DNA from: Vicugna vicugna | Taxonomy: Eukaryota | DNA: 60,000 nt | NCBI GenBank assembly: GCA_013265495.1 | Contig: MU058540.1 | Location: 3,063,696 to 3,123,695, forward strand | Direction of reading: 5' to 3' | Part shown: positions 1-12,736 of the stretch, piece by piece | Numbering within the stretch: the first letter of the stretch is position 1 | Layout: the number at the start of each line of letters is the position of its first letter | Position numbers and translations under genes: made by a program | Notes under the pieces: generated by a model | What the model saw: the letters and a program-made list of their open reading frames with translations, nothing else | What the model was told of the DNA's origin: nothing | The model's database searches: none

Positions 1-2094
1 TGCTAGTTGTGGAGGTGCTCAAGAAAAGTTTGTTTAAATGGAAAGTAATTGAGTATCCTAGAATTGGCAGGGACACAGCAATGGGGGACCTGATCTCTTT
101 GTACTTATCCTGTCTTCACTGTGAGAAAGCGCTTTACAGTAGACATCTGCCTTCTGACCACTTAGTCCAGGTTTCCTGACATCTGCCCTTCCTGACTTCC
201 TGCCTTGCCCCGTAGAAAGTCACACCCCACCATCTACACCTGACAACGCCATCTATACCTCCATACACTTTCCATGTCCAAATCCTGTCAGTCTACCCCT
301 CTCCTTTTCTTTCTCCCCCACGCTGGCCTCCCTAACCCAGGTTTGTTCTGGTCTGAATCCCTGTAAAGCCCCCTAACTCAGGTTGCTGTGTTTTCCCTTG
401 AAACACAGCTTTCATCAAACTTAGCTCCCACTCCCAGGAGCACTTTAAACGGCTTCCTTTTGCCTGGATTCTGATTTAGCTTTGTCAACGGGAACCTTAA
501 AGTCAGGCTCATCCACAGCCTCATCTAGTTATAGCCCCTTGCTAACTACACCCAGAAAAAGTGGGGTTTTCTTCCTCTTAGAAAGAACCCCTCAGAAGGA
601 ACCCCTCACCTTCCTTCTGAAACTTACTCTCACAAACCTCCTCCTCCCTGTGTTTCTCCAGCTGTATGTTTTTCTTTCTGAACCGGACTGTGTGTCCACC
701 ATTAGGCATTTCACTCTGCCTTAATGTAGGACTACATTGTGTTGTCTTGCATTGTTTTGTATCTTCCACAGCACCAGCTATGGTGATATACATATAGGAA
801 ATGGTCAGTGATTGTTTTTAAGTAATTGAACAATTTCCCCAAGAAATTGAAGTGAAAATAGGTCAGTTAAAGCGTTAGACCCCTAGGGAACTGAGCGGAA
901 GCAAATGTAAAACAGCTCTATAACTATATTTCCACGACCCAGGGTTCACAGGGACACCAAGAAGAAGAAAAACAAAAAAATCCTCGTGATAAAATAATTA
1001 CAAACCACTCAAAAACACATTTCATCATGAGTGTGAATGGGCAGAACAAGAGGATTAACACTGCTGGGAATTTGACATAATAGAACAATCTGAAAGAAAC
1101 TTTAAGGAGAAAACTGTAATTTTAAAAATAAAGACAAAGATAAAGAATAGAAAGTACTAAAAAAAAAAGAAAGGAAAGGACATTGTGGGGAAAAAAAGGG
1201 GTATATTTGAAAAGGAATCAAACAGATCATCTAGAAATGAAAAATACACTCACTGAAATGATTGAATGAAAATCTTGCTCAGCATTCACTCTATTGAGCA
1301 ACTTGGCAGTGTGTACTTAGAGCTATAAAGCAGTTAGTTCTGGGCTGGATAGTACCCCTCTGTGCTGCCATTACCCTCTGTGTTTGTCACCTTACAGGGA
1401 ACTGTGGCTGCCTGCTTTCCTGTCAGTCTCCCCTGTTAGACTGTTGTAAAGAAGATGGGTTCATCTGGATGCAGGCTCCCTGTTTACTAGTTGTGGGTGA
1501 GAACATTCTGGCTGCTGCCTCTGGTATGCCTAGGGTATGGGTGGGTAGCACTGGCCTTCCTTATGTTCTGAAAACCTGGGGTCCTGTATCCACCTTAACT
1601 CAGGAAACACCTCTTGTCCTAATTATGATGTCCTAATTAGGTGAAAACAAGGTACATTGTAACTGTCATCATCTTGGGAATTCTGGCATATCATATAGGT
1701 CACCAGATGTATTGACATGAGAGATTATTAAAACTTCTTGGAGAAACATGAAAGACAATTTGGGGCTAATAGTCCCAAGGCCTTGGGATGAAACCTATAA
1801 GAATGAAGAGGGAAAATGCGGCCTCTACACTCTGGGAGGACGTGGCGTGTCACAGTGAGCACAGTACTCGCCCCAGGGTCAGAAAGGGTCAGATGCCTAG
1901 CTGGTGTTCTGCTCTATCATCCTCTTCTTGGTGGAGAAAGGTGAGTCCATCTAAATCTCTTATGCCCATGTCTGTTTGTCCTGAGTGTGGGGAGAAGTTC
2001 TCTTCTCCTGCAGTAAAAATCAAAGGTTAATAGGCCCTTGCCCCGAGTCTGGGTGAGTTGGGGGATTAAGATGATATCAGGACTATTCAGTGGA

Positions 2095-2430
2095 AGGATA
2101 TTCAGCACTAAAAAGAAATGAATGATTGATATGAACAATGACATGGATGAGTCTCAAAAACATTATTCTAAGTGAAATAATCCAGACACAAAAGAGCACT
2201 TGTTATATGATTCCATTTATATAAAGTTATAAAACAGGCAAAATTAATCTGTGGGGATAAAAATCAAAACAGTGGTTGCCTATAGAAGAATGACTGGAAA
2301 GAGGCATGAAGAGCTTTCTGGGGGAATGAAAGCATTCTTCATCTCAATTGGGGTGGTGGTTATGTGAGTGGGTACACTAGTTAAAGCTCACCAAACTGTA
2401 CTCTTAAAATCTGGGCATTTTATTGTAAGA
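2095..2430 (+). mobile_element. Old L1 (L1M-type) 3'-end fragment
   Basis: Typical L1 3' sequence (tattcagcactaaaaagaaatgaa...catggatgagtctcaaaaacattattctaagtgaaa...atatgattccatttata). Confidence 0.75.
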
Positions 2431-2637
2431 CCATTATTCCTTAATTAAGGAAGAAATATCTCAGGACTAAGATTCTTGTTTCCTTTTAAGTGAGTATTTA
2501 GGGGTTTTAAAGGGAAGGTGCTATCAAAATGTCTATTGCACACATTCATGTGAATTCTTATGTAACTAGAAAAACAAAACTACTCCCTTTTTCACTGCTT
2601 CCCTACCAGCCTGTGACAGAGTCTGAATCCTTATGTG

Positions 2638-2843
2638 CAGTGATGTGCTGCTAAGTGTTTAATAACTGGCTCTCTAGGAAAAGAAAAGCCCTGATTCTAG
2701 CACTTGCTGATTCATGTGGTGTAAATACTCTCACTGTGGCTGATTTCATGCTGCTAATATGATGTTACTAAGCGTGGAGTTAAGAAAAAATGGGCACCGT
2801 TGACTTTCGCAAGCCAGTGGGAGCCAGCTCCAGCACACCCCTG
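2638..2843 (-). mobile_element. hAT-family MITE, MER63A-like
   Basis: Terminal inverted repeats CAGTGATGTGCTG...CAGCACACCCCTG, about 206 bp; interior resembles the recalled MER63A consensus. Confidence 0.7.
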
Positions 2844-3934
2844 TGACAAGCCTTTATTGCGAGGCTTCAGGGGAGTCTTGGCAGAGCTGAGGGAGGCTCT
2901 GGGTGAGCAGTCATTTCCTATTAGCTTGAATGTGAAGGATGGTGGGCAGGAAAGGCCATGTGAGATACGACCCCATTGTAAAAGGGATTGCAAGCTATGG
3001 CAGTTTGGCAGCTGTATAAAGGGTTAGCAACCCATTGGCAGCATAAGGATTTCTAAGTGAAAATATGGGTTATTTCATTTAAAATTCCTGAATTCCAATT
3101 TCTCTTGAGGAGAACAAAGACCTAAATCTAGCACCACAGGACCTGCATTGCCTTCTGACAAGAACAGATCATAACAGGCTAACAGCTGCCCCTGTGAGAA
3201 GGACATGGATTCTGCACCCATCTCTGCATCTCAACAACACACCTGATGCAACCAGGGGTGTTAACCTGTATGGCTCTAGTTACCATTTGAATGTGTAAAT
3301 CCTGGTTTAGTCTGTCCCTTCTCTGAGATTTGATGTGGTTTCTGGTAGAACAGTGTGTGTGTGGACAGTTACTTGCTATGAGAGCTGAGGAGTATCCATT
3401 TCACAGCCACAATTCTCCCAGTTGGAGAGACCAGACTTGGCACCCTCGGGCATTGCCTGGACCTCTGATTCCCAATTCTGGCTGAACATTAGAATCATGA
3501 AAGGAGTTAAAAAAAAAAGCTCAGGCCTCAGCCTAGACAGTTTACTAAGAATCTCCAGGGATAGAGTCTGGAAATTAAACTGTTTTAGAGAACTCTATAG
3601 ATGATCCCAATATGCCTTTGTTTTTTCAAAGGAAGGTGCCGCTTAAGGTGCTTTTCCCTTGGAACAAAAGAAAACTCACATGTAGCATCCACCTTAAGTT
3701 CTCTTTCCTCCCTAGGTTGTGGTTCCTGTTCCAGCCTCTAAGAAAGGGGCAAAACACTAAGGAAGGTGTGGCTTGCTGACTCCCACTCCTTCTGGGAACC
3801 AGGTGGAAGTTGCATCTTGTCCAGAAGGCTAGGGCCAGGGTTCCAGCATGGAACAGAGGCAGAATGAATTTTAGCTCATAGTGAAGCTAGGTGCGCTGTG
3901 AGAGTCCAGGAGGGTCAGGAGGTAAAAATGTCCC

Positions 3935-4440
3935 TTCATTCCTTCAACCAGTATTTGTTGAGCACCTACTACATACCAAGCACTGTTGCAGATGCTGGGG
4001 ATATAGTGGTAAGTAAAACAGACAAAAAAATGCCTGCTTTCATGGAGCTGGCGTTCTAGTGGGGAGACAGATAATAAACATTATAAAGAAATCAGTATAT
4101 CAGAAAGCAATAAGTGAGAAAAATAAAGCAGGGGAGGGGGACTGGGAATCCGTGGTGGTATTGCAATTTGGGGGGTATGCTAGGATAAGGAAAGGCCTTC
4201 GTGAGAAGATGACACTTAAGCAAAGATTTAAAGGAGACTAGAGGGTAAGCCATGCAGGTATATGGCAAAAGAGAGTTCTAGGTAGGAAGAATGGCACATG
4301 CAAAGGTCCTGAGGTGGGAGTTTGTCTGGCAGGTTGGAGGGCATAGTGCCCAGAACAGAGTGAGAGGGGGGAGAGTAGTAGAAATGAGGTCATGGAGTTG
4401 GGCCTTGTAGGCCACTGGCTATGGATTGGCTATGACACCC
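3935..4440 (-). mobile_element. L2 fragment
   Basis: cattccttcaaccagtatttgttgagcacctact... (L2 3' end in reverse) followed by typical L2 body. Confidence 0.7.
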
Positions 4441-6721
4441 AATGAAACAGAAACTTGATATATCCCTAATGTAGACCAGACAAAGGTGGCCCTTGAAAAG
4501 AGTGGGGAAACTAAGGTGAGAGTCATGGACATTCAGCTAGCTTTCTTTCTGATTTGCCCTGTAGGGGACTGGGACTATGATGGGGGAGGGTGATGGCTCA
4601 CTCACACTGGGGCACTGAGCCCCAAGATGGGTGGAAAACTGAAGGGTGTATGTATGTGTAAACCCTAAGGGGCTGGGGCCTAAAGGAGGAGACAGGACAG
4701 GGCTGGGGCTCATTGGAACCTGGTCAAGGTAGAGGGCAGGAGATGGAGGAAAGAGAACCCTACAGTATCCTACAACCCCTTCCTTCATGCTCAGTGTCCT
4801 GCTCCCTATTCAGGAAGATTCATGGAGGAGCTACTATGTGGCAGGCATTGTGCTAACTTCTGGGGACACAGAGACACTTAGGACTAAGGCCTCAGGTGAG
4901 ATTTAAGAGTGTCATGTGTCACATTTTCCCAAGTTCCTAGCACTGGGGCTATTTGTTGAAAGGAAAGAAGGAAGAGAGAATCCTGGTAGGAAGAAAGAAG
5001 GAATCATGCAGCTCTTTGTTGGAAGAAATGGATTTCATGTGTGCTTGGTTATATACCAGCCTTCCCAGAAATGCATAAAAAAGGAGCTTTGTGACAGAGA
5101 AGTTGCATTATTGGTGGATCACAAGCAGAAAACAACTCCTGCTGACGTGTGGGAAGATGGGCACAGGTGTCTCAGGCTTGGGAGGTGGTCATGGGAGAAA
5201 GGTCATGGGCGGGGAGGGCAGCTGGCTGTGTGGAAACAATTTGTTCTTTCTCCACTCGGAAACCTGTTGGTTCTCTCCAGGCTGCTCATGTTTCTCCATG
5301 AGGAAGATCTAGCAGGCCCCAAGAAAGGCCCACAGCTGTTTGGAGATAAAAGGAGCCTGACCTGGGGTGTGAGGCCCCACCTGCTGGCCTTGTGCTCACC
5401 CTCTGGGCTCCTGGGAAGGCGCCACCTGGCACCATTCCTGGGCTCTGGCCTTGCCTTGCTGGCTCCCATCTGGCGCCTCCCTGCCCAGACCCCAGCCCTA
5501 GCTCTGCATGGGGGGACCTTCCCTCCCCCGGAAACACGACCCCTCCCTCTGCCCCCTCCTGGCCCCCCTCATGAGAGTGGGGGCGTGTCTCAGCCTCCTG
5601 CATGTTCACTGCTAGGCCAGCCCTTCTGCAGTTTCACACATGCCGCCCTTCCCCCTCATCCCTGCTTTCCCAGGATGCCTTCCTCACCTGAGGTCGGCCT
5701 TTGGTGACCTTGAGGTCTTCTTGAATAGTGGGATGGGGCCAAGGCCTGGCACAAGTCTTGCTCAGTCACTAAGAATGCCAGCTTGAAACTAGATCGTTCA
5801 CACGTCGAGGAAGAAAGAGCTGTTTTTGTTCCCTGACATCTTCTCAGCCACCCACGTCAGGACTGACACATTTGCTGTCTTGTCTTTTAGGCCTCTGCAC
5901 CCTTAGAGCAGACCCTCCCCTGGCACATGTGGAGGGAGGTTGATTTTGCCTCCCTGTGTTCCTCAAGGCGCTAAACAGCTCTGAAGAATCACATCCTGCA
6001 GACTGACAATACAAGTTAGGAACAGCCAGACCACAAAGGGGCAGGGGCACACAGAAGCCAAAATATGGGAAGCTTCCTGGGAAGGTGAATGGCAGGAAGC
6101 GGATGGGCTGCCTGAGCCTGGCATCCAAGCCCACTGATGGGCAGGCAGCAGCACCAAGCCCTCCCAGAAGACAGGAAGACAAGAGACCTCAACAAATGGT
6201 GGGTTTGCTGGAGGGACAGAGTGGGAAGATACTGGCTGTTTGAAGGAAGGAATAGACGACAGGGAGGCTGGCTTTTTTCAGCCCTCCTCCTCCAAGCCAG
6301 GGACCGGCAAGGAAGGCCCACACCTCACATTGGCACTGGTGGTGTGGCCTCTGCCCACCACATGAGTATTTAGAGAGCCCCCGCCAGGGCCTCCCCAAGA
6401 CTAGTTGAGGGTAGAAAACTGAAGGGGAAGGGGAGGCTGTGAGGGAAGGGGTGGCAAGGGCTGCACCAGCCGCAGGAACAAATTTCAGCCAGCTGCCTGC
6501 ATCTCCCCCAGAGCCACAGCATCCCTTGCTCACAGGCCTGTCTGTCACAGGCCATTACACTCTGGGCAGGTGCTGGGCTTGCCTGAGGCTGGGTGCCAGG
6601 TTGGGAGTAAGGGGTCCCAGGGAACATGCCAGCCTTGGGGAATGGCTTGCTGGGGATAAATGGTACTCTGGGGAATGCTCACTCTCTCCTGAAAAAGCCA
6701 TATCCTCACAAACCGCTGGAG

Positions 6722-6724
<3 letters not shown>

Positions 6725-6770
<46 letters not shown>

Positions 6771-6780
6771 GCTCTCTCTC
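6725..6780. repeat. (AC)20 microsatellite followed by GTGCGCGC and a short (CT)n
   Basis: Read directly from sequence. Confidence 0.95.
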
Positions 6781-9359
6781 TCCCCCTCTCCCAGCATCCA
6801 GGTCCCAAATGTTGACATTTCCTCCCTGACGGCCCCCAAAAGCCCTCTCCTGCCCCAAGACTTCCAGTGAGAGGCCCTTTGGGTGCCCCAAGTCTGCACA
6901 CAAAGCCCTCTTTGCATTCCAGGGCAGCGCTTTCTTGCCAGCCAGCCAGCCTACCTGCCATGTGACTGCCCAGCCCTGCAGTTCCTGTTTGGGCGTCCCT
7001 CCCTTCCTTCTTTCCTCCCTCCCTCTTTTGCCCTGTCTGGGCTGCAGTGAACTGAGCTTTTCCAACCACCTTAAGGCTTGAAACCAGAGAATAGGAGAGA
7101 AAGCATGAGACTTATCCATGCCAAGGACCCCAAAAGCCCTGAAATTGAGACACCCCAAATCAGAGGGAGATGTGTTCACAACTATTGGATGAGGTCCTCC
7201 TCTGCATAAACAAAATTCTGTAACCGTTTCCTTTTTTGCTCGAAAGCACCTCAACTCAGCAGACAAAGCCTGCCAGGGCCAGGCTCCTGGGGCCCCTCAG
7301 CCCATGTCCTACCAATCCCCAGCCCCTGGAAACCCCAGTGTGCTGGACTCCCTACCTTTATTCCTAGTCTCACCCTGTTCTCTTAAGCCCACATCACTTC
7401 ATTCTGCTTTGAATGCCTTTTCCTACCTTGCCAATCAACTCATCCTTCATCCTTCATCCTTCAGGCTGCCTCTGCTAGGAAGCCTTCCTTAATAGCACCC
7501 TCTGCTCTCTGCAGACTCTGATGCTCCTTATTTGGGTGCTCATAAACTCCTCTGTTCAAAGCATTTCCCACATTGTATTTTAGTGGTTAGTAGGCCAATC
7601 TTTCTCATTAGACTGTGAGCTAAGGGGAAGAAGGCTGTGTTTAATCCATAACTTCTACCACTAGGCTGACACATAGTAGGTACTCCAAAAAATACTTGTC
7701 AACAGAATGCATGACTTAATGAATGGAGCAGAAGAGGTCGAAGTAAACAGGAACACCAGGTTTCTGAGGACAGAAAAGAATTTCCAGTGGTGGATATCCA
7801 AGAAGGCTTCCTGGAGGAAGTGAATAGGAAGTTGTCAGGGTGGAGACATACCAGGCAAAAGGAACTAATTGGTCAAGGCAGGGGGTACCCATAGAAAAGG
7901 TCTTCTGTCAGCAAGAAGAATGTAGCCAACAACAACAACAACAACAAAAGAATGTAGCCAACATTCACTAATCGCCTACTCTGTATCAGGCCTTACTCTA
8001 AGCCCGGACACGTGTTATTATCTCATTTAATCTTCACAGCAACCACAGGAGGTTGGTGCTCTAATTATCCCCATTTCATAGATGAGGAAAGTGAAGTTCA
8101 GTTACTGGTTCAAGGCATTTAGGTCAGCTTTGATGGGAGAAGCAGAACAACCATCAATAAAACAACCGGTAATTGACCATATGCAATGGGGCAGCTTAAA
8201 GAATTTATGCTTCTGTGTCTAAAATCCTCAGGGCAGGCAGTGGGAAAGGGAAGATGGATGTGAAGTTGGGGGAACAAGAAGGAATGGAACCAGTGAGGAA
8301 GGGCTGGGATTCTGGAGGATGAACAGGCAGCCACACCAAGACAACAGCTTCAGTGACACAGGTGACCTGCAGAAGAAGTTGGCATCTTTTGTCCTAGAGC
8401 TGAACACACACCTGGCTCAGGACTAAGCAAAACTGAAGGAGGTTGGTAGAAAGCCCACAGACCTACATCAACACGTGTGCACTGCCACAGCACTGGAGCC
8501 CTGTACCCACCGCAGGAGTGAATACGGCTGCGGTGTCCCCTCCTGCCACCATGGTCAGCTTGCAGGGAAGGAAATTCTGGAACTGTGGTTCAGCTTAGCT
8601 CAGCTGACACAGCCCAGAGCCACCACTCAAGGTCACAACCCAGACCTGGGTGTGTATAAGGAAGAAATGGCTGGGAAGGTTGATCAGAGCCAAACCAGGA
8701 GGGTCTTGACAGCACACCCAGGAATCTGGGATTCCTTCTGTGCAATAATGGTGCTGGCTTTCGAGATTATATGTTGAGTGGGAAGCGAAGGTGGGACATG
8801 CCCCTAGTGATGCCCTAAAGATCTTGGGCATCCTCAGGCTGAGGTAGGAGGCAGGAAGAGGTGCCTGTGGAACTCTGGGATAGATTCTGAATTGGATGGT
8901 AAAGGGAGTGTGTAAATGAGGGGACCAGAAGGCCTGGGCTGAGCCTTGGGTGATACCTGTAGGCGAGAAGCAAGGCTGGTGGGAGGCAGAGGAGAAAACT
9001 GGGCACTGCAGTTGAGGGGAGGAGAGCACCAAAGAGGGAGGCCTCCCCAGACCTGGAAGGACATCCAGGAGGAAGTGGCATTTAAGGATGAATCCAATCA
9101 AGCTCCTAGATCTAACCGCCATGGACAGGAAATCCAGGGGCCAGTGCTGCAATCAACAAAGTCCTGACCATGGGAGTTGGAGGGCCAGCAACCCAGTGTC
9201 CTCACAGTCATGTGTGAGAAAACAGAAAGAACAAGGTGAATCTGTGAGTGAAAAGAGTTAATAGACAGGACAACTCATTGTAACATGTGGACCTCATTTG
9301 AATCCTTTCCTTGGAGGGTGCCGGGGTGGGGATGTGGGCGGTTGTGGACGGAGGGATTT

Positions 9360-9513
9360 CTTCCTTTTATAAGGCCATCAATCCTATCAGATTAGGACCC
9401 CACTTTTATGACCTCATTTAACTTTAACTACCTCCTGTTTCCAAATACAGCCATGTTGGAGGTTAGGGCTTCAATATATGAATTTAGGGGGGAACACAGT
9501 TCAGTCCATAGCA
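9360..9513 (-). mobile_element. MLT1 (ERVL-MaLR) LTR fragment, within an older L1M-like segment
   Basis: ttataaggccatcaatcctatcagattaggacccc...gttagggcttcaatatatgaatttagggggg...cagtccatagca is the typical MLT1 end. Confidence 0.65.
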
Positions 9514-9616
9514 GATAACATTTATGAGGAATTGGCACTTTGAATGCTGACTGTTTGGTTATATTAAAAAATTATTGCTAAACATCCCTTGGGGTATGAT
9601 AACGGTAATGGTGTTT

Positions 9617-9617
9617 C

Positions 9618-9648
<31 letters not shown>

Positions 9649-9757
9649 CATATACACACACACACATATGTAACATGTGTAAAACATGATTGTATGCCCA
9701 TATAAAGTAATATTGCCATTACATATATCATATGTGTGAGTATATACATATATATAC
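9617..9757. repeat. Low-complexity (TA)n/(TACATA)n/(CA)n tract
   Basis: Read directly from sequence. Confidence 0.85.
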
Positions 9758-10689
9758 CTTTATCTTTTAGGTACACACTGAAATATTTGTGGGTGAAATC
9801 ACCTGATTTGCTTCAAAATGATATGGGAAGGGGAGTGAATGTGGCTGTCGATGGAGCAGGGCCAGCCGTGAATTGATGGTTGTTGGGTCTGGGTTATGGG
9901 TTTGTGAGAGTGCCTTATTCTGTCTCCTTTTGCGTATGTTCTAAATTCTCTATAACAAAAGAAGTAAAAACGGAAAGTGAGGAGAATTAGTGAGATTTAG
10001 GGTTGAGGGGGAGAAGCCAGGCATCTGCTAGAAGAAACTGCTCAGGCAAAGCTCTGAGAGAGTGAGTCTGCTGGGCGTGTGAGGCCCCAGTGTTTCACAG
10101 GCACTGGAGCGTGAAGCTGTGCCAGACACTTCCGGTACCAAGATGACTGAGGCTCAGTCTCTACCCTCCACAACAAAGACCAGTCTCAACAGAGGGCTCT
10201 GGCTCAGGGCAAGCGAGACTGGAAGCCAGTGGGAGAGCCCTGAAGGGCCTGTGAGGCTTGAATAAGGGGAATAGAAGCAGTGATCATTTGTTCTGGAAGG
10301 GTGGGGAGACCAAGGGGTAAAGGAGGCATCAGGCAGAGACAACCCAGTGTGCTAGGAGCAGGGAGGCTTAAGGATAGACAGCAGCAAGAATGTGGTCATC
10401 CAGGCTCACAATGAAATCTTTGCTGGAATTATAGGGCAGTCACCTTTGCTTTGGAAATCTGACTTCTGTTGTGTTCTTACTGGATGACTTTGGGCAAGTT
10501 ACCTAGCCTCTCTGATCCACAGTTTTTTCTTCTGTAAAATGGGGATTGTAATAAGGCCCACTTCATAAGACTGTTGTGGGATTAAATGAGAAAGTACTTG
10601 TAAAGCACTAAAAAGAATGTGTTAGCTATTATTATCATCATAGTTTCAGGGAGTCAAGAAGGTGGAGACAGCAGCCATTAAAATGAGAG

Positions 10690-11250
10690 AACTTCAGTGC
10701 GGAAGTGGGAACACCACAGTACTCCTCCCTGCCAGCCCCTAATAGATTTGTACTTATTTTTAATTTAAAAAGCTGTTTTCTTACAGCAATGAGCAGGGTC
10801 ACAATCAGAAAAGAGGTTGTGGAGAAAGGATCAAATAAAATACACTGGACCTTGTGAGAATGTGTGGTTGGCCCAAGTAGCAAGGCTCAGGCCAAAAGCC
10901 CAGTTCCAGAAACTACCTCTGGGCTCCATTGCCCTTTTGGGGTGGCTTCTGAAGCTGGGGGTCAACAGGAGTGAAAGGTCAAGCCCCATGGGGGAGAGGT
11001 GGGGCCCCAGCAGGCTCCTCCCTCTGCAGGGAGCACCCGCCTTTCCCCTTCAGGGCTGTGGCTCTGGGACCACTTCCTCTTTCATCACTCTGCAGCAGGG
11101 AGCAGGCCTGCTGAGCCCTCAGGAAAGACGGGACTCTGGGATGCCTTAGCCCATCTGTGATCCCAGATCACAGATGTGGCTGAGTGTGCTGGCTGGAGAC
11201 CTCCCTCCCTTCTTCAAGGGTAGCTGAGGGTCACCCTGGAGGCCTGCAGG
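10690..11250 (+). promoter_or_regulatory. Probable FGD2 promoter/5' region (TATA-less, not a CpG island) with a consensus PU.1 site
   Basis: ACCACTTCCTCTTTC at 11069-11083 (reverse complement GAAAGAGGAAGTGGT, PU.1/SPI1 consensus), about 170 bp before the ATG. A second ETS core, GCGGAAGTG, lies near 10699. The TSS itself cannot be seen. Confidence 0.55.
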
Positions 11251-11321
11251 ATGGAGGGGGCAAGTAAGGAAGAGAAGCTGGCATCTGTGTTCAATCTGGT
11301 GACTGTGTTTGAGAACAGCAG
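11251..11321 (+). CDS. FGD2: FGD2 coding exon 1 (MEGASKEEKLASVFNLVTVFENSR)
   Basis: ATG in strong Kozak context (aggATGG); donor CAG|GTACGG; 71 nt, phase 2. Confidence 0.93.
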
Positions 11322-11746
11322 GTACGGGGCAGTGGAGATGGGAAGGGTCACTGTGGCCGACTGGCTTTCTCCCTCTAGCTCCTCTGCCCGCCTCTAGACC
11401 CTTGGGCAGCACAGGCCCTGCCAGTCTGTCTCCAGGCTAGGGAACAGGCTGGGGCCACCTTAGGCCCTCACAGTGAGCAATTCTCTCTCTGGGCCCTGTA
11501 TTGGATACCTCTTCGTGTCTGGGCAGTGCCCACGCCCCTCAGTCATGGGTTCCTCAGAGTATGGGAGAGGAGCTGGGTGTGGGTGAGTGTGTGTGTGTTG
11601 ATGTGGTGGGGAGAGTCCAGATGTTTGTGTAATTCTGAGTGAGCATAGGTGGACCAAACACCATGTTTGGGCTGCAGAACTCCACCCACTGCCCCTCCAG
11701 CAGAAATAATAGCTAATACTTACTAAGCACTTACTCCTTACGAGCA

Positions 11747-11887
11747 CGATGATCATATAATTTATCATTCAAACCAGGATACAATTGAAACTAAAAGTGG
11801 ATGCTATTACATTTTTTTGGTGGGAGGGAGGGAGCAATAGGAAAGGCTGAGGCCGTCTTGAGCAAACCACAGTGTATGGTCACCCTA
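11747..11887 (+). mobile_element. MER81-like hAT MITE inserted into a MIR
   Basis: gatgatcatataatttatcattcaaaccagga...gcaaaccacagtgtatggtcacccta resembles the recalled MER81 consensus; MIR sequence on both sides (about 11705-11745 and 11890-12015). Confidence 0.6.
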
Positions 11888-12715
11888 CCTAGGAGGCACT
11901 ATTTTAAGTGCATTTGTTACTTATTTCACTTAATCGTCTAACAGGCTACTGGGGATAGGTTCCATCTCTATTCCCATCTTACAGATGAGAAAGTGGAGGC
12001 ACAGAGAGGTGAGGAGGCTTTGAGTTTAAGTTCATGGGCAAGGAGCAATGCAGGGGCTTCTATCTGAAGGGAAAAGGCTGAACCGGATGTGTGGAGGTCA
12101 TTGTGTGTCTGTGTGTGACATCAATCCACTGCAGGCATTTCTTAAGCCCAGGCCTGTTTTAGGGACTGTGACTGTTGTAGATAGGGTTCTCTGGAAATAG
12201 ACTCTGAGGTAGAGATTTGCTTCAGGAGATTTATTAGGGAGGGTCTTGGGAACAACACCCAGGGTAAGTGAGGCAGCATTAGACTCAGAGAAAAGTTGAA
12301 TTACCATGCACTTGCCACAGAGGCTGCAGCCTGTCCCAGCGAGCTCTGGGGCTGGGATGCCCCTCAGGCTATTCCAATTGAGGCAAAAGGCTATCTCAGT
12401 CCTGAGAGGGTGTGTGTGGCACAGCACAGCATCACACAGGAACTGTAGTGAATGCAGGAGCTGAAAGAATGATCCCCACCCAGAGGATTTTTGTCTTTGA
12501 TGCTAAGCTTATGGAATGACCATGATGCCAGGTCATGGACAACAGGCCCCATGGGAGGGGCCTAGGCATTATGCTGAAGACACTCAGAGCAGACAAAGCT
12601 TCCTGTGGGCTTCAAGGTGGAGGCGACATAGATGGGTACTTAGAAGGGCAGTTCAGCTTCCTGAGCAGGTGACCTGACGCTGCCTCTTCAAGGGGCCTTT
12701 GCCTGGCATGTTCTG

Positions 12716-12736
12716 TTCAGCACCGAGGACAGCTCT
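12716..12736 (+). promoter_or_regulatory. Canonical RE1/NRSE (REST binding) motif in FGD2 intron 1
   Basis: TTCAGCACC-GA-GGACAG-CTCT versus consensus TTCAGCACC-nn-GGACAG-CGCC; both half-sites exact with the canonical 2-nt spacer. Confidence 0.75.

Noticed and set aside
1788..1946. Exon-like segment ending in a perfect donor AAG|GTGAGT (1941)
   Set aside because: No convincing acceptor or coding similarity; one or two perfect donor 9-mers are expected by chance in 60 kb on two strands.
4916..5707. Longest ORF in the track (263 aa)
   Set aside because: Starts at GTG, has no recognisable domain, and its composition (Pro/Gly/Leu-rich) is typical of chance ORFs in GC-rich DNA; no supporting exon structure.
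6439..7266. Several overlapping 140-190 aa ORFs on both strands
   Set aside because: They read through the (AC)n microsatellite (HTHT/VCVC runs) and show no homology I can recognise.
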